Assembly: GCA_027061725.1 (NCBI GenBank)
Contig: JAMOVG010000027.1
Location: forward strand, 2,416-66,415
Direction: 5' to 3'
Origin: Desulfobacteraceae bacterium
GTDB lineage: Bacteria; Desulfobacterota; Desulfobacteria; Desulfobacterales; JALSRD01
DNA: 64,000 nt
In this document: piece by piece, positions 18,727 to 27,720 of the stretch
How positions within the stretch are numbered: position 1 is the first letter of the stretch
Layout: each line of letters starts with the position of its first letter
Position numbers and translations under genes: made by a program
The notes under the pieces: model-generated
Databases searched by the model: none
The model's input: the letters and a program-made list of their open reading frames with translations, nothing else
What the model was told of the DNA's origin: nothing

Positions 18727-19532
18727 AGCGCCCCGGTTCAAGTGTGGAAGCACTGGCGGCCTGGCTGCTGGCCGTGCTCTGGATCGCACCGCTGGTGTAC
18801 GCCTTCTGGGCCGCCTTCCACCCCTCGGAATACGCCGTGCACTTCAACCTGCTGGCGCCCCTGACCCTGGACCAGTTCAGGGAGGCCTGGCGTCAGGCGC
18901 CTTTCATGCGTTACTACTTCAACACCTTCGTGCTAGTCACCATGATCCTGGCGGTCCAGCTGGTGCTCTGCACACTGGCGGCCTACGCTTTTGCGCGGCT
19001 CGAGTTCTGGGGTCGCGAGGTCATGTTTGCGCTGGTGCTGCTGCAGCTGATGATCGTGCCCGAAGTGCTCATCGTGGAGAACTACCGTACCCTGGCGGCG
19101 TTCAACCTGGTGGACACCATCGTGGGCATCGGCCTGCCCTACATGGCCTCAGCCTTCGGCATCTTCCTGCTGCGCCAGAGCTTCAAGACCATTCCCCGCG
19201 AATTGGAAGAAGCGGCGCGCATGGAGGGCTGCGGCATCATGGGCGTGCTGTGGCGGGTCTACGTGCCCACGGCGCGTCCCACTTACCTGGCCTACGCGCT
19301 GGTGTCCGTTAGCTACCACTGGAACAACTTTCTGTGGCCGCTGGTGGTGACCAACTCGGTGGAAACCCGGCCGCTGACCGTGGGCCTGGCCATTTTCGGG
19401 GCGCCCGAGTCGGGCGTGGACTGGTCGGTGATATCCGCCGGAACCCTGCTGGCCGTGGCTCCGCTGCTGATTGCCTTCTTCCTGTTCCAGCGCCAGTTCG
19501 TGCAGTCCTTCCTGCACGCCGGCATCAAGTAG
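18723..19532 (+). CDS. ABC transporter permease (UgpE/MalG-like)
   Basis: The EAA loop is ELEEAARMEGCGIMGVLWRVYVP. It overlaps the previous gene by 4 nt. Confidence 0.85.
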   Translation: MKRPGSSVEALAAWLLAVLWIAPLVYAFWAAFHPSEYAVHFNLLAPLTLDQFREAWRQAPFMRYYFNTFVLVTMILAVQLVLCTLAAYAFARLEFWGREVMFALVLLQLMIVPEVLIVENYRTLAAFNLVDTIVGIGLPYMASAFGIFLLRQSFKTIPRELEEAARMEGCGIMGVLWRVYVPTARPTYLAYALVSVSYHWNNFLWPLVVTNSVETRPLTVGLAIFGAPESGVDWSVISAGTLLAVAPLLIAFFLFQRQFVQSFLHAGIK

Positions 19533-19589
19533 CCGCCCGACAGCCGGACACGGCCCATAGACCGGTCCGGCCATACGCCCAAGGGAGCA

Positions 19590-20387
19590 ATGCCCATGTA
19601 CGACTGCCACGCCCACTTGGCCCTGCCCGAATTCGATCGGGACCGCACTGAAGTACTCCGGCGCGCCCGGGAGGCCGGGGTCGAAAAAATCATCGTGGTG
19701 GCCGAGGATCACGCCGACAGCCTGCGCGTGCTCAACGTGTGCAGCCGCCACCACGACATGCTGCTGCCCTGCGTGGGCCTGCACCCCGACCGCTTCTCGG
19801 AAGACGAACCGGCAGCTCCTTCACGGGAGGAAATCGAGGCGATCTGCGACCTGGCTCGGCAGCAACACCCGCGCCTGGCGGCCATTGGCGAGGTGGGCCT
19901 GGACTACTGGCGGGTGAAAAGCGAAGAACGGCGCAAAATGCAGCGTCGCTGCCTGCGGCAGATGGCGGACCTGGCGGCCGAGCTCGATCTTCCGCTCAAC
20001 GCGCACGCCCGCTCGGCCGGGCACCACGCCATCGAACTGCTGGCCGATTGCGGGGCGCGCCGCGTGCTCATGCACGCCTTCGACGGCAGGGCCGGCTACG
20101 CCGTCGAGGCCGCCCGGCGTTTCGGCTGGCTGTTCTCCATTCCGCCGTCGGTGGTGCGCTCCCGCCAAAAGCAGAAGCTGGCCCGCGCCCTGCCCCTGGC
20201 GCATCTGGCCCTGGAATCCGACAGCCCGGTGCTGGGCCCCGACCCGTCCGCGCGCAACGAACCCGCCAACCTGGCCGTCACCGTCCGCTGTCTGGCCGAC
20301 CTCAAGCAGACGAATCCCGCCGATTTGCTCCGCATCATCGACTGCAACACCCGCAATGTCTTCCGTTCACTTTCCATGAGCGCATGA
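19590..20387 (+). CDS. tatD: TatD-family metal-dependent hydrolase
   Basis: YDCHAHL, IGEVGLDY, LNAHARSA, HAFDG and ESDSPVLGP are TatD-type metal-ligand motifs. Confidence 0.8.
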   Translation: MPMYDCHAHLALPEFDRDRTEVLRRAREAGVEKIIVVAEDHADSLRVLNVCSRHHDMLLPCVGLHPDRFSEDEPAAPSREEIEAICDLARQQHPRLAAIGEVGLDYWRVKSEERRKMQRRCLRQMADLAAELDLPLNAHARSAGHHAIELLADCGARRVLMHAFDGRAGYAVEAARRFGWLFSIPPSVVRSRQKQKLARALPLAHLALESDSPVLGPDPSARNEPANLAVTVRCLADLKQTNPADLLRIIDCNTRNVFRSLSMSA

Positions 20388-20666
20388 CTTTGTCTCGACA
20401 ACTCCGGAGCCAACCTTTCACAAACAGGAAAAATCATACCCCCTTCAAGTCGCTTTCACCTCTCTGCGAGGTGTTACCCCCTTTCTCTAATCTTGCATTT
20501 TGCAGTGAGATTTGCACTTGGGCAACAAAGAAGCTGCCTTTTATATGGAGAACCGCTACGAAGTCATCCGCACCTACCTTTTGGGGGTATGACGCCCGCC
20601 GAGGCCCATTGGAAAAAACGCGATTCAAAGAGGGCGGCACGAGGCGATTCCGATGGTTACATCAAA

Positions 20667-20721
20667 GCGGGGTGGGGCGCGTCGAGCCTTGATGGGCTCA
20701 CCTCGATTCGCCCCACCCCGC
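20667..20721 (-). terminator. Long GC hairpin downstream of the NO reductase gene (putative terminator)
   Basis: A 13-bp perfect inverted repeat GCGGGGTGGGGCG / CGCCCCACCCCGC encloses an inner GAGCC/GGCTC stem. On the minus strand it is followed by TTTGATGT. It lies about 72 nt past the stop at 20793. Confidence 0.4.
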
Positions 20722-20792
20722 TCAACTTGGCAAGGGAATTGGCCACAACTTTTTACTTTAAAGGACGGCCTTATTTCACCCTATTCCATTGG

Positions 20793-23066
20793 TTACAATT
20801 CAGTTCCCAGATGTTTCCATACCGATTCACCGTCATTTATTTCCACGTTTTTCAGATGAGGATAGGTTGTAATCAGGAAATACGCTAACGGAAGAACCCC
20901 CAAGACAATAATGATGGTATCTGGGAGCGCCCGAAAGGTGCCCAAAAAGACCACGACGCCTCTTTCAAAAAAATCCGCGCTTCTGGCCGCCCAGAGGCCG
21001 TCTTTAAATGAAGTCCAAGCCTGAAGGGCTCCTACGGGCAACAGGGTGACAAAAGCCATGAGAAACAATCCGCCGTTAAGCCCCCAAAAGGACAGCTTCA
21101 AGAGACCGTCTTTCCAGTGGTTTTTATCTACCAATCCGCGCCAGGAAAACAGGAGCAATGCGATGGAAAGCATGCCGTAGGTCCCGAACATCGCGGTATG
21201 GCCGTGGTGCATGGTCAGGTACGTGCCATGCTCGTAAAAATTGATGATCGGCAGATTGATCAGGAATCCAAAAACCCCGGCACCCAAAAAGTTCCAGAAA
21301 GAAGCCGCCACCAGAAAATACATGGGCCACTTGTAGCTGAACTCCTGGCCTTGGTTGCGTATATCCTTGTATTCCATCAGGCCCCTTACCACCAGTGTCA
21401 TCAACGGCACGGGCTCCATCGAAGAAAAGATCGCCCCCCATCCAACCCAGAAGGCCGCTCCACCGTACCAATAGTAGTGATGGGCTGTTCCTATGATGCC
21501 GCTCAGAAAAGTCAGCGCCGCGGTAAAATAGCCTACCCGCAGGGCGGCTTTGGCTGTGGCCAGCCCCATGGCCACCATTAAAAGGGCAATGACCGCGATA
21601 CCGAAAAACTCGAAAATGCTCTCCACCCAGAGGTGAACGACAAACCAGCGCCAGTAATCGGCCATGGTCAGGTGCGATCCTCTGCCGTAAAAAAGGCCGA
21701 ACCCAAAAAATGCCACGACCAGCACGGCGCTGAACACATAAAACCAGATCAGGGCACTGAATTCATCCTTGTGCATTTTCAAGTGATTGCCCACTGCCCG
21801 GTAAACGATCAGAAGCCAGAAAATGAGCCCTGAAAAAAGCAGGATCTGCCAGAGTCGGCCCAGTTCTAGAAATTCCCACCCCTGATGTCCCAACCAGAAC
21901 CACAAATCACCGAGCATGCCCTTGATTCCGAGGACTTCGCCAGTCAGGCTTCCGACGGCCACCAATAGGACGGCGCCAAAGAGAAGCTGTACCAGCAACC
22001 CTTGTTTGGCAGGTTCCCGCCCCCCAATGATAGGGGCCAGGTAAATGGCCGAGGCCAGCCAGGTGGTGGCGATCCAGAAGATCATCAGCTGAAGGTGCCA
22101 TGTTTTAGCCCAATTGTAAGGGATAAGCTTGGCAATGAACGGCAGAAAGAAGCTGCGGGGGTGAATTGTATAATGGGCCAGTAACCCCCCCATGGTGGTC
22201 TGAAGCAGGAACAACAAGATAACAACCACGAAAAACTTGGCCGCTTTAAATTGGCTTGCGGTCAGTGGCATCTCAATGAGCTTCTCAGATAGCGCCACAC
22301 CTTTGGCCGATCCATACCACAGCCCGTAACGATGGATCCAGAAGACAAATAAGCCCAAAACCAGCAGCAGCGCCAGCGTTCCGGCTATAGAAAAAAAGTA
22401 GGTGCCCGTGCTGGCGACGTTTCCCACCTGCCTATCGGCTGGCCAGTTGTTGGTATACGTGTAATCCTTTCCCGGGCGCAGGGTTGATGCAACCCAGGCG
22501 GACCAGAAAAAAAAGCGGGAAAGCTGCTTGCGTAAGTTTTCATCAGCTATCGTATTGGGGAGAAAGCCATACCGTTTCTGGCCTTTTTTGAATACTTTTT
22601 CCCAGTGCCGGCTTACGCGTTCCAAACCCTCGACCTGCGCTGCGGTTAGCTTCAGGGTATCTGAGGCAGCGTCATAGCGGTTGGGTTTTATTTCATGCTT
22701 GATTTTGACATCAATGACTCCCTTCTGCAGGTCATCGAGGTCGGCATATGGCTTGCCATAGTCTTTGAGGGCCAAGTGATCTCCCACCGCCTGGGCTATG
22801 ATGTGTAAGCTTTCGGCAGAAAACTCTGGGCCTCTTTGGGAACCATGCCCCCAGACAGAACCTTGGTCCATGAGGCCGTATCGCTGATAAATGTTCTGGC
22901 CGGCGATGATATCCTTTTTACCAAAAAGAACCCTCCCTGCGGGATCGACTACCTTGCCCGGATAGGGCGCCAACGATTTTTTCATTGCGATTCCACCAGC
23001 GAGAAGAACCGCCATGGCGACCAAAAAGCTTATGATCGCACTCCACTTCAATGTTTTAAGAGACAT
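20793..23066 (-). CDS. norZ: Quinol-dependent nitric oxide reductase (qNOR, NorZ-type single-subunit heme-copper oxidase family)
   Basis: The protein is 757 aa. An N-terminal TM helix is followed by a cytochrome-c-like fold lacking CXXCH (QNIYQRYGLMDQGSVWGHGSQRGPEFSA), then a 12-TM NorB core with His ligands (HHYYWYG, HGHTAMFGTYG). Confidence 0.85.
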   Translation of the reverse strand: MSLKTLKWSAIISFLVAMAVLLAGGIAMKKSLAPYPGKVVDPAGRVLFGKKDIIAGQNIYQRYGLMDQGSVWGHGSQRGPEFSAESLHIIAQAVGDHLALKDYGKPYADLDDLQKGVIDVKIKHEIKPNRYDAASDTLKLTAAQVEGLERVSRHWEKVFKKGQKRYGFLPNTIADENLRKQLSRFFFWSAWVASTLRPGKDYTYTNNWPADRQVGNVASTGTYFFSIAGTLALLLVLGLFVFWIHRYGLWYGSAKGVALSEKLIEMPLTASQFKAAKFFVVVILLFLLQTTMGGLLAHYTIHPRSFFLPFIAKLIPYNWAKTWHLQLMIFWIATTWLASAIYLAPIIGGREPAKQGLLVQLLFGAVLLVAVGSLTGEVLGIKGMLGDLWFWLGHQGWEFLELGRLWQILLFSGLIFWLLIVYRAVGNHLKMHKDEFSALIWFYVFSAVLVVAFFGFGLFYGRGSHLTMADYWRWFVVHLWVESIFEFFGIAVIALLMVAMGLATAKAALRVGYFTAALTFLSGIIGTAHHYYWYGGAAFWVGWGAIFSSMEPVPLMTLVVRGLMEYKDIRNQGQEFSYKWPMYFLVAASFWNFLGAGVFGFLINLPIINFYEHGTYLTMHHGHTAMFGTYGMLSIALLLFSWRGLVDKNHWKDGLLKLSFWGLNGGLFLMAFVTLLPVGALQAWTSFKDGLWAARSADFFERGVVVFLGTFRALPDTIIIVLGVLPLAYFLITTYPHLKNVEINDGESVWKHLGTEL

Positions 23067-23224
23067 GGATTACCTCCTTTCCTAAGGAGCGGTTAATAAA
23101 ATCCCCTGCCACCATCAGGGAAAATCGTGTAAGGCGCCTCTCGGCATCTCGTTACACGTCTATTTAAATAGGAGGACCAAAATTACCACAATGTCATATT
23201 TCCTAGATGCGACTAATTGAATCC

Positions 23225-23238
23225 TTGACTTAAGTCAA
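23225..23238. promoter_or_regulatory. Perfect palindrome TTGAC-TTAA-GTCAA, candidate CRP/FNR-family (Dnr/NnrR/HcpR-like) operator
   Basis: It is an exact 14-bp dyad about 160 nt upstream of the norZ start, in an AT-rich intergenic region. An A/T-rich -10-like hexamer (GAAATAT) lies about 23-29 nt downstream on the norZ strand. Confidence 0.4.
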
Positions 23239-23304
23239 TAATGGAAATTTTTATGAATTTATCGCAACAGACTGATAAGATGAAACCTGGAGGCGATGTA
23301 ACGT

Positions 23305-23547
23305 ATGGGCAACGAAACAGACAAAGGCGGCCAAGAATTCATATATGCATTCGAAAAAAGCGAGCGGCAGGTCGAGAGCTCACGGCCGGGTGAGATGTTA
23401 AGCCAGGACACGTTTTATGTTGGCCATCTCAAGGGTGTGGGCAAACTCTACGGTTATTGCAATCGAGAAAAGCACCTTGTTGACTCCGTTCAAATGCACA
23501 TAAAATCTGTCAACAAATACGGTTCGTTGCACAGGCAGGCCGGCTGA
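23305..23547 (+). pseudogene. Decayed transposase (rve/integrase-core type) fragment
   Basis: The segment PGEMLSQDTFYVGHLKGVGKLY resembles the start of the catalytic core of IS481/IS3-like transposases. The ORF is only 80 aa with no DDE continuation. Confidence 0.35.
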
Positions 23548-23881
23548 ATCCCTGATTGGCTATTTGAAGATCCTTCAAACACGGTCGTCTCTTGTCCGTC
23601 ATTTTCAATGCGCTGCACCCCTCCATTAATGAAACCAATTGAACTGTCAGTCCTTGATGGATTTTTATCCATATATAAGGCTTAGGCATTATTATGGTTA
23701 ACGATATTTATTAATAACCCCATTTTGTGATAGAGTCTATGAATGTGGGTAACGGCTTTTATCTGAAAAACAGGGAGCTTTTTATAGATAGAAAACTTTT
23801 CTCTCTACTTGCCGGTACCATCGGTGTGATGGATTTCATGGCAAACCGCCCGGATGCTGGTATTCGCAACACGAACAGGTA

Positions 23882-25882
23882 TTGGAAACGATCATGTCTA
23901 CAAAACCAACGTATGAAGAACTATCGCAACGGGTTCGGGAATTAGAGCGAAATGAACTCAGGCATAAAAAACTTGAGAAAGCACTGCGGGCGAGTGAAGA
24001 AAGGTTTTATTTAACGTTCCGGTTACACCCTGACGCGATTAACCTCAGCAGCATCTCTGATGGAACGTATATAGATGTCAATGAGGGATTCACGAGAATG
24101 ACGGGATTCACGAGAGAGGAAGTTATCGGGAAGACATCCTCTTTGTTGAATATCTGGAAGAATCCTGCAGACAGGGAAAGGATGGTTAGGGAGTTGGCTC
24201 AGTCGGGCCTTGTGGAAAACTTTGAGGCCCAGTTTGTCACAAAAAGCGGAAAGATCAGGGTGGGGCAGATATTCGCCCGGATCATACGAATCCATGATGA
24301 AGACGTCATTTTATCCATAACCCGCGATATTACCGAGTATAAGCGCACTGAAGCGGCACGCATTAAATCAGAACGTAAATACCGCACCTTGTTTGAACAC
24401 TCCTTAGACGGCATCGGCATTGTCACCATTGATGGCCAATTTCTTGATGCCAACCCGGCCTTTTGCGAGCTTTTCGGCTACAGTCGTGAGGAGATCCGCC
24501 ATTTAAACGCCGGGCAACTCTACGTAAATCCAGCAGATCGGCACGCGTTAATCCAGAGCTACCAGAACGACGGATATATCAAGAACCAAAAAGTGCGGAT
24601 GCGAAAAAAAGACGGCACGCAACTAATTTGCCAGATTTCCGGTACAATCCAGGTCGAAACGGAAAGCCAGCAAGCGATAATTTACAGCATTACAAGAGAT
24701 ATGACCGCTTACTACAGAATGGAAGACCAGCTCAGACAGGCCCAGAAAATGGAATCCGTGGGGCGGCTGGCAGGTGGGGTAGCCCACGATTACAACAATG
24801 CCCTTAGCGCTATTATCGGTTTCACCGAACTGGCAATTGACAGTGCGGATCCGGAAGGGCCACTGCGTGGCAATCTTAATGAAGTCCTCCATGCGGCCAA
24901 GCATGCGACCGAGATCACCCGGCAACTGCTGGCATTCGCGCGCAAGCAGACCATTGCCCCCAAAGTGCTCGATTTGAATGATAACATTGAAAATGTGCTC
25001 AAGATGATCCGGCACCTCATCGGCGAGAATATCGATTTGTCCTGGATACCAGGAGCGGGCTTGTGGCCCGTCAATATAGACCCCACTCAGATTGACCAGA
25101 TCCTGGCAAATCTATGCGTCAACGCCCGGGATGCCATCGAGGATGTGGGCAAAGTAACCATCGAGACGGGAAACGTTACATTGGATGAGACATACTGTGC
25201 CAATCACGCCGGTTTTGTCCCAGGCGAGTTTGTCCTGATGGCAGTAAGCGACAACGGTAGCGGAATGGAGAAAGAGATATTGGACAATATTTTCGAACCA
25301 TTTTTTACCACCAAAGATGTCGATAAGGGCACGGGCCTGGGAATGGCCACAGTCTACGGTATTGTCAAACAAAACAGAGGGTTTATCAATGTATACAGCG
25401 AACCGGGTATCGGGACGAGCATCAAAATTTATCTGCCTCGATATAAGGGGAATGATGTGGAAACCCAGCAGGAAAGTGTGGTGGACACTCCGCAATCCCA
25501 CGGTGAAACCATCCTGTTGGTGGAAGACGACCTTTCTGTGCTGAAATTGGCCCAACAAATTCTCAATGGGCTGGGCTATACGGTGTTAGCCGTGAGTACT
25601 CCAGGAGACGCCTTAGATTTGGTCAAGGAACACACAGGTGAGATCCACCTGCTTATCACCGATGTGATCATGCCGGAAATGAACGGCCGCGAAATGGCGG
25701 ATCGGCTACAGGCGGTTTGCCCGGGCCTCAAATGCATGTTCATGTCCGGGTATACCACAAATGCAATTGTACATAGTGGGGTTTTGGACGATAAGGTGCA
25801 GTTCCTTCAAAAACCGTTCTCCAAAAAAGACCTGATAATGGCTGTCAGAAAAGCGCTAAACGAGTCAAGCAATTTAAGGTAA
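23882..25882 (+). CDS. Hybrid sensor histidine kinase (coiled coil, 2 PAS, HisKA, HATPase, C-terminal receiver)
   Basis: H-box [18 protein letters not shown] box [10 protein letters not shown] boxes DNGSGM and [11 protein letters not shown] are present. The receiver region reads ILLVEDD...[13 protein letters not shown]...K. Confidence 0.85.
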   Translation: METIMSTKPTYEELSQRVRELERNELRHKKLEKALRASEERFYLTFRLHPDAINLSSISDGTYIDVNEGFTRMTGFTREEVIGKTSSLLNIWKNPADRERMVRELAQSGLVENFEAQFVTKSGKIRVGQIFARIIRIHDEDVILSITRDITEYKRTEAARIKSERKYRTLFEHSLDGIGIVTIDGQFLDANPAFCELFGYSREEIRHLNAGQLYVNPADRHALIQSYQNDGYIKNQKVRMRKKDGTQLICQISGTIQVETESQQAIIYSITRDMTAYYRMEDQLRQAQKMESVGRLAGGVAHDYNNALSAIIGFTELAIDSADPEGPLRGNLNEVLHAAKHATEITRQLLAFARKQTIAPKVLDLNDNIENVLKMIRHLIGENIDLSWIPGAGLWPVNIDPTQIDQILANLCVNARDAIEDVGKVTIETGNVTLDETYCANHAGFVPGEFVLMAVSDNGSGMEKEILDNIFEPFFTTKDVDKGTGLGMATVYGIVKQNRGFINVYSEPGIGTSIKIYLPRYKGNDVETQQESVVDTPQSHGETILLVEDDLSVLKLAQQILNGLGYTVLAVSTPGDALDLVKEHTGEIHLLITDVIMPEMNGREMADRLQAVCPGLKCMFMSGYTTNAIVHSGVLDDKVQFLQKPFSKKDLIMAVRKALNESSNLR

Positions 25883-26199
25883 GAATACGTAGCCAATGCC
25901 ATCTGATCTGTAATTTGGACAGGACTCTTGATGTCAGAACGGTTGTTTTGAATTTTTCAGAAGAACTTATTTTTCGCCAACCATACTCCCGGCAACATGG
26001 CAAAGGTTGGGCTTTCACGGTATAACTTCAGACTCCTCTTTAAAACAGCCATACACATTAAGAATGCCGAACTGCGCTTCGATTTCGTCCCCGAGCCGAC
26101 CACTTTATCGCTATTGGGCTTGGAGTTTCCCGGGACCGCGGAAAATAAGATCCACCGGAAGGGGGGACTGGGGTGCCGGGGCGCTGTGACGCAATCCGC

Positions 26200-26763
26200 C
26201 TACGACCGCTTGCGGCACAACCGCAGGTAATCCACGAACAGCGTGCGTTTTTTCGCGGGATTGACCATGAAAAACAGAAAACGTGAGATGCCGGCCGGAT
26301 CCAAACGACGTCCGGTGCCGGAGGTCGTCAGGCCGGCGATGGGAATGCGCACGGCGTTCATGCCCGGCCGGAGGGCGAAGCGGCGATTGTAGCGATCCGC
26401 GTAGGGCGGGGTGTCCTCGCGGTCGTCGATGCGCACGGTGATGTGCAGGGTCTCCGGCCCGGGGTTGAAAATATCGAAGCACAGGCTTTCAAATCCGCTC
26501 CAGTCATGCAGCGTAAGCCGGGGAGACAGGCCGGGATAGGTCGACGGGTAGAGGTCCATGCGCAGCGAATGCCGGCCGTGGGTGGCGTGCCGCGGCGAAA
26601 GCGCATAGAGCACGCGGCACTTCCAGTGCAGGCGGTCCAGGTCACTGTCCATCTCGAAGTCGTAGAGCAACCGGTCCTGGCGCGGCGGCCGGTCACAAGC
26701 GGACAGGACGACGAGACCGGCCAGGACAAGCAGGATCGAGACGGTCAGCCCGCAACGCGGCAT
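26200..26763 (-). CDS. Hypothetical lipoprotein
   Basis: I trimmed the start to ATG 26763. The signal peptide carries a lipobox (LAGLVVLSAC). No other motif was recognised. Confidence 0.5.
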   Translation of the reverse strand: MPRCGLTVSILLVLAGLVVLSACDRPPRQDRLLYDFEMDSDLDRLHWKCRVLYALSPRHATHGRHSLRMDLYPSTYPGLSPRLTLHDWSGFESLCFDIFNPGPETLHITVRIDDREDTPPYADRYNRRFALRPGMNAVRIPIAGLTTSGTGRRLDPAGISRFLFFMVNPAKKRTLFVDYLRLCRKRS

Positions 26764-26780
26764 GGCGGCATCCTTCGAAT

Positions 26781-27689
26781 CTAGAAGTAAAAAACGACCA
26801 GTTCGGGCCGGCGGCCGATGCGGATGGGCACGTGGCTGGTGCCCACACCCCGGCTGACGTAGAGCGTGTTTTGCCCCCGCCGGAAAAGGCCCTGGTTGTA
26901 CTGGGCGTTCTTGGTATAGCCGATCAGGCGCCAGAACCACCCCGGCAGCGGCACCTGGCCGCCGTGGGTGTCGCCGGACAGCATCAGGATACGGCCGTCC
27001 GCGGGCACATCATCGAAGGCCAGCGGGTCGTGGCTGAGCACGATGGTCGGCAGGCCGTCCACCCCTGCGCCCAGAGACGCCTCCGCATTGCGCCGCTCCT
27101 CTTCCCCGTTGCCGTCCAGACCGACGATGCGCACCGCCCCGCTGTCCGTGTGAATCACCGCGGATGCGTTTCTGAGAAAATGCACCCGGTGTCGCCGGGT
27201 GGGCGCACCCGAGCCGGCGCGGTGGCAGAACAGGCAGCTGCGGCGCGAGTCGCTGTAGTCGTAGTCGCCCATCACGGCCCACACCCCCAGCGGGGCGTCC
27301 AGCATGGCGAGGAAAGACAGGGCCGCCGGGTAGTCGCCGCGCCAGCGGACGTAGTCGCCGGTCAGAAAAATGATGTCGGGTTTCAGGCGGCGCAGGCGCT
27401 CCAGGATTTTGCCGGCCAGGCGATCGTCCGCCGTCAGGTGCAGGTCGGTGAGCTGCACGGCGATTCTGCCGGCCAGAGCCCGGTGCAGCGCGGCGTCTTG
27501 GACACGCAGGTGGTGCGTCTCCAGCCAGGACGGTTCCACCAGAAAACCGTAAAGCAACACTGCCGCCGCCAGCAGTCCGATGATGGCCGGTGTTTTTCTC
27601 ACGCCGAGACCGTGTCCCGTGCCGGCAGGTCTTTGCCCGTTGCATCGGTTCCCACGCGCGGTGCTTCCCTTCGCCGTAGCCGGCCGCAA
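26781..27689 (-). CDS. Metallophosphoesterase (calcineurin-like)
   Basis: Motifs seen: LTDLHL, FLTGDYV, GDYD and SGDTHGGQ. An N-terminal TM helix is present. The true start may be GTG at 27601 (VRKTPAIIGLLAAAVLL). Confidence 0.75.
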   Translation of the reverse strand: MRPATAKGSTARGNRCNGQRPAGTGHGLGVRKTPAIIGLLAAAVLLYGFLVEPSWLETHHLRVQDAALHRALAGRIAVQLTDLHLTADDRLAGKILERLRRLKPDIIFLTGDYVRWRGDYPAALSFLAMLDAPLGVWAVMGDYDYSDSRRSCLFCHRAGSGAPTRRHRVHFLRNASAVIHTDSGAVRIVGLDGNGEEERRNAEASLGAGVDGLPTIVLSHDPLAFDDVPADGRILMLSGDTHGGQVPLPGWFWRLIGYTKNAQYNQGLFRRGQNTLYVSRGVGTSHVPIRIGRRPELVVFYF

Positions 27690-27720
27690 GCCCGGGGGCT
27701 TTCGGCCGGCGGCCCGGTTC

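Noticed and set aside
20515-20535. A sigma-54-like string, TGGGCAACAAAGAAGCTGC, lies in the tatD-norZ gap.
   Set aside because: The -12 element is poor (AAGCT), and there is no plus-strand gene downstream for it to drive.
20493-20888. Track ORFs 20493..20888 and 20653..20859 lie in the tatD-norZ gap.
   Set aside because: They run into the 3' end of norZ on the opposite strand, lack an RBS, and span the terminator hairpin. They have no recognisable motifs.
25997-26230. A 77-aa ORF at the right edge of the low-GC block contains a PEP-CTERM-like string (VPEPTTLSLLGLEF...HRK).
   Set aside because: It has no RBS and no preceding secreted domain, and the hydrophobic segment is truncated. It is probably a remnant, not a functional gene. 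I use it only as supporting debris evidence for the island.
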